Of a DNA stretch of 64,000 nt, positions 59,256 through 64,000 are shown piece after piece (position 1 is the first letter of the stretch; every line of letters starts with the position of its first letter). The stretch covers positions 248,001-312,000 of the forward strand of contig NW_026515672.1 of assembly GCF_025526975.1 (NCBI RefSeq). Reading direction: 5' to 3'. This DNA comes from Fimicolochytrium jonesii (Eukaryota). The translations under genes and the position numbers were made by a program. The notes under the pieces are model-generated. The model was not told the origin of the DNA and did no database searches. It worked only from the letters and a program-made list of their open reading frames with translations.

Positions 59256-60933
59256 CTACGATCTTCTTGAACTTTCCACCTCCAATGCATGACTCCTTTC
59301 ATTTCTCTGCGGAGGAACTGCTGGCAATCGCCTGCTGCCTGGGCTGCGCGGATGATTGTGCAGCGTTGACGCGGTCGCAATGCCAGGAAACAAGGCCGGG
59401 AACATGAGGGTGTTCTCGACACCAGCCTGCTGATGACCGACGACAGCATCATTCAGCCCGCTCGTCGGTCTCGCATGTCCTCCTCGCCGTGGTCCTGGCG
59501 ACCTGGTATTTGGTCGGCGCGATGGAGGAGGTGCGGGAAAAAGGCCATGTGTGAGTCCATGGGCTTGATGTGTTGGAAGATGTTGTGGGATGTGGGTGTT
59601 GTTGGGGTTTTGAGAGTAAAGGAAGTTCCTTGCTGATGGCTGTAATGGCGGCAGGTATAATGCGGTGTTTGCTTTTGTCGTTGGTTCACTCGGTCTTGGG
59701 GACTCTGCGTGGTATGAAGATGCTTCTTTGTGTGTGCTATGCTGATAATGTGCGTGATGATCTCGGATGTTTTGAATCTGGCGTAGGGGTGTGCCTGGTG
59801 GTTGCTGATGTATGGTGCTTGGCGAATGGGTATGCGTAATATGCGGTAGCTTTTCTGTTGGAACGGGGCTAGAAGATGTAGATGTGACATCTAGATCCCC
59901 TCCACCATTTGTATCATTTTGTCTTCTAGTATCTGGCGGATGTTCTTGACGAGTTTGGTGTAATCGAATTAACATCGATGCTTGTGGTAGTGGTGGGAAG
60001 CTACCGCTGGAGTTGTGTGAGTTATGCGTATGTCGGAATGCTGCTACTGGGGTAGTGAAAATCCCATTTCCTTGGCCATTATTCTGATAGAGAGAGTGCT
60101 GGCTTTGGTCTGGTCCAACGGCGATAATTTGCGGTAGTTTGAACGAGGGTTGGTGGTCGGGTCGCGAATTGGAAGAAGCGCCAGGGTGCTGTGAGTATTG
60201 TTGCCGAAGATGCCGGCCATGAACCGACCTGCCGTGCAGTTGTAGCTGAGATGCGAGGAAGTTGGCGGGAGGCACGCTTCGTTCATTCCCGGTTCCCTCG
60301 TCGACGGCCGATGCGGCTGACGAGGTCGATACTCGCCGCGACTTTGACCCCAATTGATATTTCGTGCCAGCAGCGGGAGTCCAAAATGAGTCGTCGTTTT
60401 CCCGGCTATACACCGCTCTGCTCCTTCGGTGCCCGCCAGCCGACCTCGGCTGTGAAGGGCGCCCAATGCTCTGGCTATACTCGTCGATGCTATCTCGACT
60501 ATTCTTCCTGCTACAACCAGAAACTCTACCATCTACATCCCCCAGTCGCGGGAGCACGCCTGCAGTTGCCATCCCTCCAGAGTGCATTGAAGAAGCACCT
60601 CCCGCGGCCATTGATTGTTGCATGAAGAGGGTATGCATTTCGGTAAAGTTCCTGCAAATCTTTCGTACACTTTCCTCGGTACTGAGGATAGTAAGAGGTT
60701 GCCAGAGGAGTAGTTGTTTGGTGTTGTCTATGCGTCTTTCGATGAACAAACTTGGATCCCGCCGTCGAGATGAAGATGCAATGGAAATCGAAAAGCTCGG
60801 CGAAGGATTTCCTTTCCTCGCTATGTGTTTTTCGAGAGGGATGGATTCCGTGGGGATTGTTTGTCGCTAATGTGACAATATCGACAGCGCGTATGTCATC
60901 AGCGCGTCTCCAGACTGAGTCACTCACGTTCAT
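59256..60933 (-). CDS. Uncharacterised low-complexity (Ser/His/Pro/Gln-rich) protein
   Basis: An ATGAAC microexon (60928-60933) and intron 60867-60927 join in frame to a ~540-codon ORF. No recognisable domain. Confidence 0.55.
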
Positions 60934-61511
60934 GTATCAATCCCCCTCCGCAAGACCAAGACCTCGTTGGCTACTTCCGATCTAGTGTTCAGCGTGAGTT
61001 TTTCCACATTGCACAGGTTCCAACTTCCCCGCGAACTAACTTACTAGATTTAGGGTTACAGCCGTCCGCGCGAAATAACAGGCCTGTTGGCAATGGCAGA
61101 CGGCGGATACTAGGGAATATTACAGTCGATACACACGCTGTCAACTTATCCTGACTCCGCCCTGTGTGTAGGCTTCCCTCTTGCCCGGATTGATGCAGCT
61201 AAGTGGAATCACTTGGAATCATATGGTGTACTGTATGGTGTACAGTATGTATGTCATCAGCGCGTCAGGAGACATCAATCCCCCTCCTGGAAATCGCTTT
61301 TGTCCTCCGCACAGCACCAAGAACAAGCAAGGTTCCTTCCATTCCAGCAGTACGAGCGACGCATCTACGCCTCGTTCTTCAACCGTCCCTCCTTCTCCAG
61401 ATCCCGCAGCCGGGCTGCCACGAAGCTCTTCGCCTTGTCGCGTAACGAGTTTTTACTGACTCCTTCTAGTGGGTGTGTCTTCCTGCCCTGCGCTTGCAGG
61501 TTCCATTCTGA

Positions 61512-64000
61512 ATGAGTTACGGCAACTCGTCTCCATTTCCGAGCAACTCACCGCATGGCCAATATCAACCGCCACGCTTCGATGAAGATCCCGGCGCAGA
61601 CGAGTCTGATGATGACGCACCGCCCCCGGAATTTCTACACGAGGGGGTCAGCGTCGACAATGAATCGCTCTATGAAGATCAGCACCTGACGGCCGCCCCG
61701 CATGAGTTTGCACCAAGCGCAGGCCCCAGTACCTACTTTAGACCTCCCATCAATGCCCATGTGAACTTTCAACAGCCTTTACAGCAGCAACAGCAGCAGC
61801 AGCGAGTAGACTTGAGAAGCGGGTATCAACCGCCCGAAATTCTGTTCGATGCCGGCGAAGACGACGACGATGACGACGAATCGGACAATGGGGAAGCCCC
61901 GGCGTCCATACGATTTGAGATGGAGCCGCTGAATAGTAATCGAAGGTCATCTCAATTTCCGCCTCGTGGTCTTGACCGTCTTGGAATATCCCGCCGTCCA
62001 CTGCGAGAGCGCACCTCGTCCTTTCCGGGTTTGAGCGGAAACCTCGGCAGTAGCATTGGCCTGGGACGGCCCTCGAATCCAAAAGACCGAGCATTGAGAT
62101 TTTGGACGCAAGCCGATAATATGGACAAAGTTCTGATATCCATATATCAATACTTTGAAGGAAAGGGGATCTATTCCATCGTGCTATCGCGAGTGATAAA
62201 GACCTTGTAAGTCGCAAAATACCTTTTTTCACCGGAGTATCTCAGCTCAGTGTTCAGGGCTTGCCAAGTATAGGATGAAGGCGTTCCTGGTCATCTTCTC
62301 GACATTTCTGTTCTTCTGCATCGACTACTCTTTGATCCATCAGAAGAATATGCTATCGGAGATCGTCAGACCAAGCTGCATGTCTTTCTCGTAGGTACCG
62401 GCGCTACGTAGTTGTTGTTAAGCACTCATTGACTTACCCCGCACTTCCAGTGGATCGGGACTGCAGTCCCTTATCATTCTTGGTATCTTTGCGTGGTTTG
62501 CCACGGAGTTTGTGCTTCTCCTCAAAGAAGTTCCTCGCCTTGTGGAGTTGTCCAATTTCTATACTCACGTCCTGGGCATTCCGGAGGTTCGCTCAATGCA
62601 CTCAGTGGGCTACCGTTCACAACAATGCTGACGGCGATCTATGCTTCAGGGTAACATCCAGACAAGCACATGGGCGGACGTGACTGCAGTTTTGACGACC
62701 CTTCCATATCGTCGCGGGACTCTAAATGCTCACACGGTTGCGAACCGGATCATGCGGAGGGACAACTACATGATCGCGCTATTCAACAAAGATCTCTTGA
62801 ACTTCACACTCCCCGTACCATATTTCCGTGGGCATCAGTTCCTCACACGCATCACGGAGTTTATCCTCTTGTGGTGCTTGTGGGGTATCGTTTTTGACCG
62901 AAATTGGCGCATCAAGAAGAAAGTGCTGGAAGGGAATCGGAGGGAAGCTCTGGTAACAGAGTATGTTGAGGAACGCTGCAGATGGCTCCCGTACTCGTGG
63001 GATGCATAGCACGGTTTAGCATCAGACTGACTTTCTGCGCGCAGATTGAACACGCGATTCGCCCAAGTAGCGCTTGTAGCCCTCTTATGCTCGCCTTTCT
63101 TGCTAGTATGGCTTCTTATGTTCTTCTTCTTCCGGTACACCGAGGTGAGTGTCTTTTGTCACTGTCAAGCCGTGGTACAACAACTTGCCTAATCAATCAA
63201 TCGTCTTCAGGAATTTCATAAAAATCCATCGTCGCTTGGCACACGGCAGTACTCTCCTCTTGCAAAGTGGAAATTCCGCGAATTCAACGAATTGCCTCAT
63301 CTGTTTCAAAAGCGTCTGAACCGGAGTTACCGACTCGCCAACAAGTACATGAACCAGTTTCCAAATTCCAAAGTCACTTCTGTTGCAAAGTACGTAGATT
63401 CCTCGATATTCCCTAGTTCCCTTCGTTCCATACTTACCGCATCGTTTGATGACGTTATCTGCAGTTTCGTATCGTTCGTCACGGGCTCCTTCCTGTCTGT
63501 GCTCATCATCGCGACTCTGCTATCCGAAGACCTCCAACATCGATTTGAAATAACACCCGCGCGGTCGGTTTTCTTCTACATCGGGATCTTTGCGACTATC
63601 ACCGCTGTGGCAAGGGGCATGGTACCAGACGAGAATGAAGTGTTTGAACCCGCATTGCTTCTTCGAAACGTCATTGAAGAAGTGCGATATATCCCGGACA
63701 CTTGGCGGGATAAGCTCCACACGAACGAGGTACGCTATCACGGTTGCGTTCATTTTTGAAGGAATGAATCATGATCAACGGACTTCTGCTCTTCTCAGGT
63801 CCGCGGAGAGTTCGGCGCGCTATTACCATTCAAGTTACTACTCTTCTTGGAAGAGGTTGCCTCGGTTGCATTCGCACCAATCATATTCTTCTACTCCTTA
63901 CCTACATGTGCTGGCGAGATCATCGATTTCTTTCGGGAGTTCACCGTTCACGTTGATGGGATCGGATATGTCTGCTCATTTGCGGTCTGGGACTTTAGGA
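61512..64000 (+). CDS. ATG9: Autophagy protein Atg9 (3' end beyond the window)
   Basis: NMDKVLISIYQYFEGKG, FSTFLFFCIDY, LNAHTVANRIMRRDNYMIALFNK, RQYSPLAKWKFREFNELPHLFQKRL and IIDFFREFTVHVDGIGYVCSFA. Confidence 0.96.

Noticed and set aside
1..64000. Transposons, viral insertions, tRNA/rRNA genes
   Set aside because: No RT, integrase, transposase or capsid motifs, terminal repeats or RNA-gene signatures were seen. Intergenic gaps are short, though small ncRNAs cannot be excluded by eye.

Overview
Compact, intron-rich eukaryotic DNA with short GT-AG introns, mostly 45-100 nt. I could reconstruct 24 protein-coding genes, 20 of which sit in head-to-head pairs. The gene content is fungal (Zn2Cys6 transcription factor, SEY1, Chz1, KilA-N/ankyrin SBF-family protein, GT32 mannosyltransferase) but also keeps animal-like genes (retinoblastoma pocket protein, RalGAP-alpha, OSTF1). 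That mix suggests an early-diverging fungus, probably a chytrid (inference). Gene order: mitochondrial-presequence gene (partial), RalGAPA, CHZ1, VMA9, PPR-like protein, SEY1, MPDU1-like, Zn2Cys6 TF, Lsi2/ArsB-like transporter, ATG5, VPS18, Rb-like, ABCC transporter, ADE16/17, SBF-family protein, orphan, GT32, prefoldin 4, OSTF1, TOP3, PLP1/TXNDC9, MARVEL-like, orphan, ATG9 (partial). The most notable signal is a divergent Rb gene with tandem MCB and E2F/SCB-like sites upstream, about 9 kb from an atypical SBF-family gene. That gene's KilA-N domain is built from microexons, has lost its basic DNA-recognition residues, and the protein has a shortened C-terminus. Also notable are a plant Lsi2-like transporter with altered conserved asparagines, a 1-nt frameshift revealed by an internal repeat, a GC-AG intron inside a Walker A motif, and a perfect G-quadruplex motif in TOP3. 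I found no RNA genes, transposons or CRISPR arrays. Homologies were recognised by eye from remembered family motifs, not from database searches, and exon structures are manual predictions.
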